From: Flaccisagitta enflata
Lineage: Eukaryota
Reading direction: 5' to 3'
DNA: 64,000 nucleotides
Assembly (NCBI GenBank): GCA_965153355.1
Contig: OZ231126.1
Location: 30,938,001-31,002,000, forward strand
Shown here: piece by piece, positions 1 through 13,130 of the stretch
Layout of the letters: each line of letters begins with the position of its first letter
Numbering within the stretch: position 1 is the stretch's first letter
The notes under the pieces: model-generated
What the model was told of the DNA's origin: nothing
Database searches by the model: none
What the model saw: the letters and a program-made list of their open reading frames with translations, nothing else
Program-made: the position numbers and the translations under genes

Positions 1-54
1 GGATTTCAACACAAACTTTGTCAAGAACGATCAGAATGAGCAATAGTGAAAGGG

Positions 55-263
55 TTTTTAGTTGCGGACACACAACTCTATAAGAGGCTTTGTCCATCCG
101 TTGGTCCATTCGTTGATCCATCCGTCCGTGAGCACAAGTTGAAAAGTAGGCAAGTGAACGCTTTTGACGCTTGTGTGCGGTTGGGGGGTGCGTTGGGTCC
201 AAATGGGGGTTGGATGCCCCTGCCTACCCATCCGCAACGATATTGTGACCCCGCGTCACTTGT
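55..263 (+). mobile_element. Helentron/DINE-1-like non-autonomous element (HINE), TTTTAGTYGCG family
   Basis: Starts TTTTTAGTTGCGGACAC, has a (GTCC)-type microsatellite and ends GTCACTTGTT. The same architecture recurs many times in the window. Confidence 0.6.
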
Positions 264-1516
264 TTGCGTTCTATTCTATATGACTCATACAACACATTTA
301 TTAACAGGAAACTAATGATTTTTTTGACAATCGACTCCTAGTTATCTTCAGTGGCATATGTAGCGATGGATACATATGACTTTCATTATTTCAGAGTAAA
401 CCAAATAAAACTGATCAAGGCATTTTTGTCGCTGTCCATTAAAAGAAACTTTAATTACTAAACGTTTCAATTCCCCAATACCTAACCCCTATGCCCTAAG
501 TTTCCAGTTTAAGTCTCTAAGAAATAAATGGGATAACAATGGTTAACAAATGATATTCTCTAAAGCCCTATCTTCTCTTCCGCCTATAAATAGACAAGTA
601 ATGGTATGTTTATTGATTTTGTCATGACCTTATTACATATGTTGCCCAACTTTCATATCTTTTCTTGATTTTATTCAAATGCATGTAGTTCAGGATTGAC
701 CATCCTATGGGACAAAAACTGCGCACTTCCAGAGTCAGTTTACTTTTTGATACTCTACCCTACAAATATCTGACAAATTTGCTATTCTTTTTCCTCGCAG
801 GGTGCTATAAATGCCTTCTAATGATGAGCAACTTTTGGAAGCATAAACATGGGAAAAATCGGCAACATTTTGACATCGCAATTATGACATAAGGGTTGAA
901 TTAGGCATTATTTGAATCGAATTGAAATCAAATTTTCTTACTACCCAAAAATACCACCAAATAGCTATCTTCAGTCCAAATTTCATGTTACTGGAGCTAT
1001 TTTTACTATGGAAACTACATCTTTACATTTTCCGCATAATTTTTGCACATGTGTTAGCCTCTAAGGTTAATATTTTTACAACATTGCCCCAGGTAATTAG
1101 CTTATCTTTTGATAACCAATTCATCCTCAGATGATTTGTCATTTTTAACAATTGGAATGAAACAGGCATGTATAAAGTTGAGCATTTTCCCCCCCCCGGC
1201 GGGGGGGGGGGGAATAAAATCAAAGGGTTTGGAGATAGGGAAAAAAAATCAAAAGCTAAAAAAGAAGAAAAAAGAAATTTTTTGAAGATTTAATACTTTT
1301 GATAGTTCCAAATGGTAGTCTCTGATTACTACAAAACATTTTAACACTATTCAAACCTATCATATACTATTTTATTGCTACTTTTCATATCATTTTTCAT
1401 TGCATATTTTTCATTGATCCCTATTTTTGGCCTTATGTAACAATATGGAATTATAAAGATGTTACGCAAATTGACTCCAAGTTTTATGATGCTAGCTTTT
1501 GCATTTTACTCTGTCT

Positions 1517-1838
<322 letters not shown>

Positions 1839-2262
1839 GACAGAGGACAGAGAAAAAAGAGACACAGGGAGACAGAGATTGAATTACAAAATTAGACAAC
1901 CAATCAACCTAACATCATGAGATGCACACACAGAAAAACATACACTTGAAAAAGAGACCCATCTACAACTGTTCTCTGGTCGGCGATTAACCGCCTTTAT
2001 TGGTCGCCTTTATTTGCCTTAATTGGCCAATAAAGGGCCGAAGGCCTCTCTCTCTGTTGAGAGAAATCACTGAAGAGAGAAATAAAAAGAGCGAAAGAAA
2101 AAGAGAAAGAGAGAGAGAGACACACACACAGACACACACACATATTTACACGCACATAAACACGCATTAAACACACACTCACACATACAAACACACAAAA
2201 ACACACACACACTCAAAGACAGAGGAATCTGAGAGAAAAAGTAGACACCAGTAAATTGAATA

Positions 2263-2431
2263 ACAACAAGGCCGGATACACGGCCAATACCAGTTGCGGA
2301 CGGGTGGGCAGGGGTGGAAATGCGCGTTTTCACACAATCCAACTCAATCACCACGGACCAACGGACCGACGGACGGACCAACAGATGGACGGACAAAGCC
2401 TCTTATAGAGTTGCGTGTCCGCAACTAAAAA
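2263..2431 (-). mobile_element. HINE copy
   Basis: AACAAGGCCGGATACACGGC ... (GGAC)n ... GCGTGTCCGCAACTAAAA. Confidence 0.65.
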
Positions 2432-3123
2432 CAGACAGCATGAGATGCATTCAAAGAAGAACATGTTCTGAAAAAAAGAAACTTTTTTCCAGTTGGCGAT
2501 TAGCCGCCTTTATTGTATACTATTTTATTGCTTTGTGGGGAAGAAAATCATAGATTTTGTAACGCAACGCGTCGCGTCGCGGGGAAGAAAATCAAAGGCA
2601 GGGGGGGAATAAAATCAAAAGCCGCTCAATTATATACACCCCTGGAATGAAATACTATGTACAGAAAATTTAAATATATGAGATTTTGGGGTTGACATGA
2701 GATTTTTCGAGAGGGTTGTTTCAGGAAGAGGAGAGTTACAGTTTCTTGCTATTTTTGGTATATGAGGAATAGATTGATATGGTCTCCTTCGCACCACCAT
2801 ATCTATCAAGTGTTTTCTTGTATTCTCATGTATAGACAGAAATTGATGACCCTTTTCTAATAGTCCGAGGAAAGTCCAGACGGGGGTACAGAAGGGTGAG
2901 AATGATTTATGGAAGGAGAAGCTGAGTCACTATGTAATGCAAGGTGATTATCTGGCGTTGATCATGGAAGAGGGGTCATGTATTTGTTGGAGGAGTTATA
3001 TGTGGGATGTTCCTCAGGGTATTCTCAAGTTTGCCACAAACGCCGGCATAAACACATTGCCATCTTTTGACAACCTAAAAAGATGGGGCAAGCGAGTCAG
3101 TGATCGTTGTCCATTTTGTAGTA

Positions 3124-3189
3124 TTCACAAGGCCCTCTTCCATTTATTTCAGTTTGGGTATAGTGAGGGATATTGTTCCACTTTTCATA
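3124..3189 (+). mobile_element. 5'-truncated copy of the twister-ribozyme repeat at 58279-58707
   Basis: Near-identical to 58642-58707 and ends at the same CTTTTCATA. It interrupts the CCHC finger of the host retroelement. Confidence 0.85.
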
Positions 3190-3320
3190 CAAACTCTTGC
3201 CCATATTCTATCTAATTGTAGCACGTCACTTGATCAAGGCCGATACACATGGCGTAACAATTCCGTCTTATCGTCTTTCATTGATGTTATCCGCCCTCGT
3301 CTCTTAGACGACTTTGTACT

Positions 3321-3880
3321 TTTTGGGCAGCGGCCCCAAAGGGCCGATGTCCTGTAGGACACAGGGGGTAATTTCCATACGTCCGTCCGTCCGTCCTTCC
3401 GCCCCCCCCCTGGTTGGCCATTGAGGCCTAAAATCCTCACTCTCAGGCCTGATTTAGGCCCTCTAGGCCCTCAAATCAGCCCTGCAGGCCTCAAATCAGC
3501 CCTACAGACCTCAAATCAGCTCTCCAGGCCTCAAATCAGCTCTAAAATCAGTTATCCAGGCCACAAATCTGCTCTCCAGCCCAAAAATCAGCACTCCAGG
3601 TCTCAAATCAGCCCTCCAGGCCTCCATTCTGCCCCTAATGCCTTAAGCCTACCCCTGGATCTCATATCTAATCTTCAGGCCTAAAATCTTCCCCCTAAAC
3701 CTCAAATCCCTCTTAGGCCTGATATATTCCCCCTCAGGACGTCTGGAAATTACCCCCTGTGTCCTACAGGACATCGGCCCTTTGGGGCCGCTGCCCTGCT
3801 CTAAGTCCACTACTTCACTTGATCACTCCAAGCAGGGCATCGGGTACCGCTGACCATGTGCGATCCTTGGATGACTAGTT
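3321..3880 (+). mobile_element. HINE, GGGCAGCGGCCCC family, with a central ~21-bp tandem array
   Basis: The 5' IR GGGCAGCGGCCCCAAAGGGCCGATGTCCTGTAGGACACAGGGG recurs inverted subterminally at about 3753-3797. It is followed by a 3' tail ending GATGACTAGTT. Inserted in a T-run. Confidence 0.75.
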
Positions 3881-4117
3881 TCTGATATGCCTGGTCATAC
3901 AGCGCCACATGGTGGGACAATTCCTCCCCACATTCTGGTCACATCTGTCAAGCCTGATGTTTTCATTGTCAATGAGTCCTCGCGTACGGCAATCATTTTC
4001 GAATTAACATGTCCTTGGGACAAAACCATTGAACGTAGTCATGCTTACAAAGAAGAGAAATACGCATCTCTCTCGGCTGATTTATCAAACACGTTTAAAG
4101 TTTTTACCTTTTCTATC

Positions 4118-4549
4118 AAGATCCGTCGGTTACGCTCAAATGAAAAATCGCTAAAAATGTTTGAAGTAGATTGAAAACTCATTTTGTTCATCATTGATGA
4201 TACTCGTCATTTCATTCACTAAACTATAAAGCTACGGTTAGGTCTGATAAAGCTGGGGATAGGTCAGATAGGTCTGGTGATAGGTCGGATAGGTCTGGAG
4301 ATAGGTCTGATAGTGCTGGGGATAGGTCTGATAGAGATGGTGAAATGTCTGATAGAGCTCGGGATAGGTCTTATAGAGTTCGGGATAGGTCTGATAGAGC
4401 TCGGGATAGGCCTGATAGAGCTCAGGACAGGTCTGATAGAGCTAGGGATAGGTCGGACAGAGCTAGGGATAGGTCTGATGGAGCTAGAGATAGGTCTAAG
4501 AATTAATAACGCCTGGCGCACCATCTTGGCCCGTGTATCCGGCCTTGTT
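4118..4549 (+). mobile_element. HINE with a 21-bp GATAGAGCTAGGGATAGGTCT array (5' truncated)
   Basis: 3' end GTGTATCCGGCCTTGTT. An inverted homolog lies at about 27027-27430. Confidence 0.7.
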
Positions 4550-4604
4550 TTCTTTCTTACTCTCTTTTTATTTTCTTCTAATCTGCTGGGTATGACACAT
4601 TATA

Positions 4605-5741
4605 CTGAATAAGATTGCTCACTTATTGACGAGTGATCACCTACAATATGGATATAAGGCGAGACACTCAACAGCACATGCATTGTATGTTTTAAGATCT
4701 TGCATCGACTATTTCACGGAACATGGATCTAATGTTTTTGTTGCATTCTTAGATTGTTCTAAAGGGTTTGACAAAGTAGATCACAGTGGTATTTTTATGA
4801 AACTTTTACAAAGAGGAGTACCTCTCTGCTTGCTTAATGTGATAATCTATTGGTATCGAAATTTATCGAGTGTGGTGAAATGGAATAATGTCTTAAGCAG
4901 AAGCTTTGCCGTTACCTCTGGTGTGCGTCAAGGTGGTGTTTTAAGTCCACGATTGTTTCTTCTTTATGTAGATGATTTAATTGGTGCTTTAAGAAAATCA
5001 GGTGTTGGTTGTCACATAGTTGATATGTTTATAGCAGCTATTATGTATGCAGATGACTTAGCATTACTGGCCCCCACACGATCATCCCTTCAGAAACTTT
5101 TGAATATTTGTTATGCATACGGACTTCAATGGTGTATTTCATACAATCCTGCTAAAACAAATGTTATGGTTTTTGGTAAAAGCGTTGAACATTCTCCATT
5201 GCTTCTTAACGAAACGCCGATAGTAAAAGTTGATGAGTGCAAATATCTTGGCGTAAATGTTGTGGCCGGAAAAGACTTTTCATGCTCTAGCAGAAAACCT
5301 CTCTCAAACTTTCATTGTAGCGCGAACACGATTCTTAATGTATTACACGGTCCTAGTGAACTTGTACAAATGCAGCTTCTGTACACAAATTGCGTCCCTT
5401 TGATGACTTATTGTTGTGAAATTAAGAGATTTTCTGGTCGTGAGATGACACGGATGGATGTAGCCTTAAATGATTGTATTCGAAAGATTTTCTCGTTTAA
5501 CAGATGGGAAAGCACACGTTACTTACGACAATCACTTGGTTATAAGTCGATCACTGAAATTTTTTCTGAACGCCAAAAATCTTTTCTTCGCAGTTTAGCT
5601 AAAACACGCAACCCTGTCCTTATCAACCTAGCTGCACTGTAACCTATTTTTTTTTTCCCTCTCTCTCTCTCTTTCTCTCTACGTGTGAAATGTTGTCTGC
5701 GCTGTTACATTAATTTGTTAACGAATAAATGACATATATTA
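4605..5741 (+). mobile_element. 5'-truncated LINE (CR1/L2-group-like) reverse transcriptase, ORF 4626-5642
   Basis: RT motifs QYGYK..HST, FLDCSKGFDKVDH, GVRQGGVLSP, YADD and KYLG. A short 3' UTR contains AATAAA near 5724. Confidence 0.92.
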
Positions 5742-6175
5742 TAAACCTTCTCATGTTTATCTACTGTAACAATGAAAACAGAATTATTGTTAAAGAATCT
5801 TACTGTTGTTTCGCACGCAAACTGTTTGGATGTCTACAGTCTGCCTCTTTTTCATTATCATTATCTATTTGTTACTCTCCTTTACTTGTCTCTGTCTCCT
5901 AAAAGTTCCATTCAAAAATAGTCAACTTCAACCATCAATTTTTTTTTAATTCAATAATTCAGAAGGTGGAAATGCGCGACAAATATTGAAGATTCTAAAG
6001 AATTTCTCACATTGTGGTGATGCGCAAAATTTGAATCACGTGACTGATGGTCAAATAGACCGAGCAACAGACTAATGAATGGACATGCGAGGACACATCT
6101 CAGAAAATGCAAAATTGTATCAGCAATAAATTAAACTTTAACTATGTAAAAGGAAAACACAAAGCAAATTTCACA

Positions 6176-6394
6176 TCATGGTTGTTGAGTATCTTCCGCA
6201 GGCTTTCTGTTCATGGCTTTTTTGGCGAAAGCCAAGAGATCATCGATGTCATTTTCCACTTTGGAAATCGACGCCATTTGTTTTTGTTTCAATTCCATTT
6301 GTTCTTTTGTTTCGGCCTCGGATTCGTTAAGCGCCTCTTGTTTCTGTTTCATCGCCTCGGACAAAGTCGCTTTGGTTGCGCCACCTTCAGCCAT
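6176..6394 (-). CDS. putative 72-aa coiled-coil protein (MAEGGATK...EDTQQP)
   Basis: ATG in AAGATGG context with an in-frame stop upstream. Non-repetitive, E/K/Q-rich helical composition. No recognised family. Confidence 0.4.
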   Translation of the reverse strand: MAEGGATKATLSEAMKQKQEALNESEAETKEQMELKQKQMASISKVENDIDDLLAFAKKAMNRKPAEDTQQP

Positions 6395-7040
6395 CTTTAT
6401 CAATTTTTTTCGTTACTTTGGCTTTTGTTATGTTTTGGTTCTTTGATATGAATTGTTCTTTTTTCTAGTTTTTTTCCCGCAGTTTCCTTTTTCTTGTCAA
6501 CAACGCACCAAACAATTTCTAAATCAACCAACCCCTTTTATTCTGAAGCCAAGTAAACAGTTCAACAGTTCAATTGAGACCAAGAAAAATTTAAATCGAA
6601 AAATTTTAAATGATAATCTCTTAAATTAGGTAAATGATAATTTCATCAAGTCGGCAAAACGAAGAAAAAGGCTTGCAAATTAGATATTTTCTCGCGAAGA
6701 TGATGAATGAATGTAATAAATAGGTCATGATAGATGGTAAATAAATAATTGGATTTTTTGTTTGTTGGATAACGACGCGAGATGACTCGAGATGACGTGA
6801 GTGGTATTTTCATTCGTTTGTTTTTTTTTCTTCAAAAATCCGACATGATGAATTTATATATATGATTAAAGATATAAACAAAAGGTCAAATGAAATTGCA
6901 CTCCAAGGTAATAAAGGCAAGTTGGGCAGAAACAAGACAGAGGAAGAAAGAGAGAGAGAAAATGATAGGCACAAGTCGTTGTTAGACTTGGCCTAAAAAC
7001 AAAATGTCTTTTCTCAAACTTCTTCAAAAACAGTTTTATC

Positions 7041-7234
7041 TTAATCCTCTTTAATTTCCTCTACAACTTCCCCGGGTTTGGTGTTGCGCGTGTAGATGAT
7101 TTGCGCGTGATGTGTGACCACGCGTTTGATCAGTCCTTGAGACTCCAACTCCTTCAAAGCGAAACGCGCCAAACTTCCGCGGATCTTCAATCTCTCAGAG
7201 ACGACGGAAGGAGTGATCAACTTGTACGAGGGAA
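7041..7234 (-). CDS. RPS25: 40S ribosomal protein S25 (eS25), last coding exon
   Basis: Translates (V)[63 protein letters not shown], preceded by a polypyrimidine tract and CAG acceptor (phase 1). Not in the ORF track. Confidence 0.93.
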
Positions 7235-7299
7235 CTGTTCAAGGGTTTGGTAAAAAAGTAAAAAAAGGTACATGGCAGATTGAGGGATCAAGAAATACA

Positions 7300-7636
<337 letters not shown>

Positions 7637-8025
7637 GAAGAGAGACAGAAAAACAGGCAGACGGTCAATTTGTAAGTTTGATGAAATCTGCGCAGGTGAT
7701 CTATACGACCTGTAATCAGTGAATCTTTTCCTCATTTGCATAATGCAGTTTTCGATTTCATGCAAACCAACGAACATTCTTTTACAAATAAAAGTGTTTT
7801 CCCATCGTCGGGTCATAACTTAAACTAATGACAGTAAAAAGCCTCATGACAACGAAAATAAGCGAGTATGAATGATTCTATTCTAGAATCTGTTTTCTTT
7901 CAAATATCTAGCAGTTTTGTTTGAAGGGTTCATTAAAAAGAAAAAATGACGACATGAGGTGGAATTATATCGGCGGTTTTTAGTCAACACTACATGATGG
8001 CCCTGCCTTACGCGTGACTCTGGGG

Positions 8026-10106
8026 CTATGCCCTCGGTCGCCACACTAGATACTTAGTATCCAGATCTGGATACTTTTTGGGAGTGTTTAGATACTAGAA
8101 AAGCTATTTAGATGGTGGATATTAATCTAGATACTTTTGAGAAAAAAATCTGGATACTTCAGTTCAAATCTAGATACTTAAAATAGTGGCATCAAGTCGT
8201 TCATTGAAACATTTTAACAACTTTCTTTAGCTTATATGAAACAAAAAATCTTAGCAAGAAAATGAATTTTTTACCTCAACTATGTATTTACCTTATTTAA
8301 AGGAGTTTTTAGGAGTTTTTAGTAAAATATGATAAAAATAGTGATATTTTGTAATTTCTGCCATTTTTCAGCAATTTAACTGGGAAATGCAACCTTTACC
8401 CAAATCCAAATCAATTTCACTGTATTTGCAGTTTATATTGGTGGGTCTACCTATGGAATGGCTCCTTTTTCTTCAATAGCTAGAGAGATATTTCGCAATT
8501 CTCACCTCATCCTATTTTTAGTTGCATGCTCTGCAACCCTACACTCAAATTTGTTGGTCCATCCATCGGCCTATCCGTTGGTCTCTCTGTTAGTCCATCC
8601 ATCACTTTCAGTCCGTCTATCACACTTTATTATTTGATGTTTTTGTGGTCACAATTTCTCTACCACACTCACCCTCATTGTGACAAATCAAGTACTGCCT
8701 ATAGGGACCGGCTTTGTAAATCACGATATGCTAATTTTTATGGCTGTGTGGTCCATTTTAAATCTGGTCGCCATCTACCTCATTTTAAGATATTAGGTGC
8801 TGGAGGCCAAAATACTTCCTGCATATTTTTTTTTTTTGGGGGGGGGGATATGAGGGTAGTGGCTACGAGCAAAATAGCAATGAGACTATAAACCTTAACA
8901 AATCTGTTGTTTATCCCTGCTGTAACAAGCCAGTCTGATTCAATAAGTATTAAATGTCTTTGCTCAAACCCTCTCAGCAATGTTCAGCTATGAGCTTCGG
9001 AGCTAGGTTATAGATTATAGATAAAAAGCGTCATACCCCTTTCGCCCAATGACTCATTGCAACTCCTCTACATTAGTCAATCTTATATGGGACATCGCCT
9101 GGTTGTCTTTCTTTTTTACCAGATAACAGTATAAACATTGAATTCTTTAATAAAACATTATCTGGATACTTATCTAGATACTAGCGAAAAAAATCTAGAT
9201 ACTTTCTGGATACTTTCAGGGGCTCTTTCAGATACTTGGCCTCCACTTCATGTGGCGACCGAGGCTATGCCGAATAACTAGCGATTTTATTGCTATTTTT
9301 AGCGAATTTTAGGGCCTCTTAGAGACAACTTTTTGCCATCTAGCGACTGGCGAATTATCTAGTGATTTTCTATGAGATACCTAGCGAACCTAGCTAATTC
9401 TAGCGATTTTTTTAAAAATCTAGCTAATCTAGCTATTTCTTTTTAATTTCATCTATTTTCTAGAAAATAATTGCTTTCCTAGCAAATTTTTACTGATTTC
9501 CATATCTTTTCATCTTGAACTTCAATTGAAAGTAAGCTATATGATATCTAGACTTGTTATGTTTTTAACCTGATTCTTATCATTTCTTAGCATTTTGGTG
9601 TTTTCCTGCTCATTTTTTACTATCTTTTTTGAGGGTCACAAGCTATTCAATGACATCAGTGGTTACAACAGGCTAAATTTCTTCAGTAACATGTATGATA
9701 CTCCATATATATGCACCTTTCTTTGTTTCAGACTTTAGAGTAAACTAATTGTGAATTATGACATTTTCGTCAGTTTTCTTTAAAGGGACTCCTTTTACCA
9801 ATTGTTTCAAATCCCCACAAGTATCTCTATGCCCCAAACCCCTTTTAGTTTCAGTTCCCAGTTGAAGTCTCTTAGAAATAAAGATAATAGCGGTGGTAAA
9901 TACATATTATTTTCAAAAGTCTCATCTTCTCTTTGACTAATATTTAGACCAGTGTTGGTTCATTTATTGGTTTTAAATTATATTATTACATATTTAAAAA
10001 AACATATAGCTAATATCATAACTATTCAAAAAAATCATCTAGCGAATTCTAGCGATTTTTGGAAGCCTTAATAGCGAATTTTTGAAAGCCGGAGTTCCCA
10101 CCAGAG
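8026..10106. mobile_element. non-autonomous DNA transposon with 8-bp TSD and TAGCGA subterminal repeats
   Basis: TSD CTCTGGGG at 8018-8025 and 10107-10114. Ends are CTATG...CAGAG. Confidence 0.65.
8033..9263. mobile_element. nested MITE with 8-bp TSD and TAGATACT subterminal repeats
   Basis: TIR CTCGGTCGCCACA / TGTGGCGACCGAG, TSD GCTATGCC. Confidence 0.85.
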
Positions 10107-10444
10107 CTCTGGGGGCTAGAGTGGTCACTATTTGACCTTTTCATCTTGGTCGTTACGGCATGAACATGGGCCATCCACTACATCCAAGTAGCATTTGTCT
10201 CAAAGGTTTTCCCTTTTTAAGCATCTGAAAACCCTGCGGAGTAAGATATGCAGATGAAGGTGGAGGTTGTTTTTTGTTTTGTTTATTTATTTTTTTTTTT
10301 TGCAAGCTTGTAGGTTATAGAGTTGGGAGAGCTTATGTCGTGAATGTCGAAATCGACAGTCACATCCCATGGTGTCGGTCACCCGACATCATGGTCAAAA
10401 ACCGTCACGACCTACTGACTGACAGACAGACAATCCTGGATTAC

Positions 10445-10507
10445 CTGTGATTCTTTTTCTTGCTCACTGACAAGATTCTCTCCTTGCCCGTTTGTTTCTG
10501 TTTTTGT
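10445..10507 (-). CDS. candidate 63-nt internal exon (TKTETNGQGENLVSEQEKESQ)
   Basis: TTTTAG acceptor and CAG|GTAA donor, open reading frame. Gene unknown. Confidence 0.3.
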
Positions 10508-11152
10508 CTAAAACGAGTCAAAACAATTTTTTTTCCGCACGCAAAAGCACGTCTTTAAGAGGTTGTGTCCGTCAGTTGGTTGGTTGGTCAGTCGGAAATG
10601 CTTTCAGTCTACAATCTGAAAGGCGCCTATGATAGCCTACTTGACCTTATTTTCCTTTGTTGATAATGATCCTTTCACGCGGCTTTGAAAAGAAGGCCGG
10701 ATACATGGCGAATAAGTGGGCAGGGGCAGTTATGAGGGTAGACAGGAACAGTTCATGGAAGGGCGGGGGCTGTGATGTGGCTAGGCAGGGGCAGTGATGC
10801 ATAGAAATAGTGCAACCAAAAAGTTCACCAGTTCACCAGTTCTTACTAACTTGTTTCTTACAAAAAGGAAAAATGTATTCATTAATTCATTTATTCATTT
10901 ATTCATTAGTTTATTTATTCATTAATTAATTCATTCATTCATTCATTCATTCATTCATTCATTACGCGAGGCATATATAAGTGACATATGTTGACTGTGA
11001 CTGAGAGGGAACCAGCTTTCAAAGAGCACGTCATACAGTCTTCTGCAGAAACAAAACGGAAATGGCATGACGGCAACGCCATTTAGCAAAGACGCTGTCA
11101 AAACTTTTGAGAAGACATTTGAGGGAAACGAAACTTGTGATAACCAATTGGT

Positions 11153-11790
11153 TTTTGGGCAGCGGTCCCGAAGGGGACAAAGTCCTGTAAAACACTCCGT
11201 CCATCCATCCGTTCGTCCGTTTGTCCCCCCAGATCCTCTCAGGCCTGATATTTGCCCTCTCAGGCCTGAAATCTGCCCTCTCAGGCCTGAAATCTGCCCT
11301 GTCAGGCCTGAAATCTGCCCTGTCAGGCCTAAAATCTACCCTCTCAGGCCTGAAATCCGCTCTCTTAGGCCTTGAATCTGACCCCTCAGGCCTGAAAACT
11401 GCCCTCTCAGGCCTGAAATCTACCCTCTCAGACCTGAAATCTGCCCTGTCAGGCCTGAAATCTGCCCTCTCAGGCCTGAAATCTACCCTCTCAGGCCTGA
11501 AATCCGCCTTCTCGGGCCTTGAATGTGCCCTCTCAGGCCTGAAATCTGTCTTCTCAAGCCTGAAATCTGCCCTCTCAGGCCTGAAATCTGCCCTCACAGA
11601 TTCAAGGCCTGAGAGGGCAGATTTCAGGCCTGTGAGGGCCCGGGGGAATGGACGGATGGACGGACGGAACGACGAACGAAAGTCCCCCTGTGTTCTACAG
11701 AACTTCGTCCCCTTCGGGGCCGCTGCCCTGCTTCCTCTCACTCCATATCACAATCATGCAAAGTAAAGGAGTATCGCTGACCACAGCATT
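11153..11790 (+). mobile_element. HINE, GGGCAGCGG family, with a 21-bp AGGCCTGAAATCTGCCCTCTC array
   Basis: Same termini as 3321-3880, with about 17 tandem units. A close homolog lies at 51560-52090. Confidence 0.75.
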
Positions 11791-12013
11791 GCCCGAAGGA
11801 CGCAGCAATGGAAACATGACCTGGACAGGTTATGCCTATCCATTTGTTTGCCTGTAAAACGCCCAGCAAGGAACCACAAGAATGCACTCAAGTAACAGGA
11901 TTATAAGGAGGCTAAAATCATATAATCTGCCACTTCACCCTAAAAAGTCTAAAACAAAAGTGAATATGGAAGATGGTAACTTTATTTGTACTGTTTTTTT
12001 TCAAATGATGATC

Positions 12014-12915
<902 letters not shown>

Positions 12916-12971
12916 GGGGGGGTTGTATGCCCAAAACACCCTCAATTTCCTCCGTGTTGAGGGTGTCCGTC

Positions 12972-13130
12972 TTTTTAGTCGCGGACACGCGACTCTACAC
13001 CTTGCCGTGTCGGTAGGTCGGACGGTAGGTCGGTCCGTTTGTCCGTAACATTTCTGAATTCCGAGCGGTTTTTGCATTATTGCTCCTGCCCAACTGTCCG
13101 CGACTGGATTGCCGTGTATCCGGCCTTGTT
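12972..13130 (+). mobile_element. HINE copy
   Basis: TTTTTAGTCGCGGACACGCGACTCT ... GTGTATCCGGCCTTGTT. Confidence 0.7.

Larger units (their letters stand above)
2863..4117 (+). pseudogene. Hero-like (R2 group) non-LTR retrotransposon C-terminal fragment: CCHC zinc finger plus restriction-like endonuclease, interrupted by two insertions
   Basis: The joined frames read NTLPSFDNLKRWG..CPFC..QTLAHILSNC..LDQGRYTWRNNSVL..TIPPHILVTSVKPDVFI..IIFELTCPW..AYKEEKY, giving CCHC, RHN-like and PD..ELT..K..KY motifs. Insertions lie at 3124-3189 and 3321-3880. Confidence 0.85.

Noticed and set aside
11031-11766. Long repetitive ORFs (RPERADF/LSGLKSA; also GIGLIEL at 4277 and 26830)
   Set aside because: They are open only because the 21-bp HINE array units lack stop codons.
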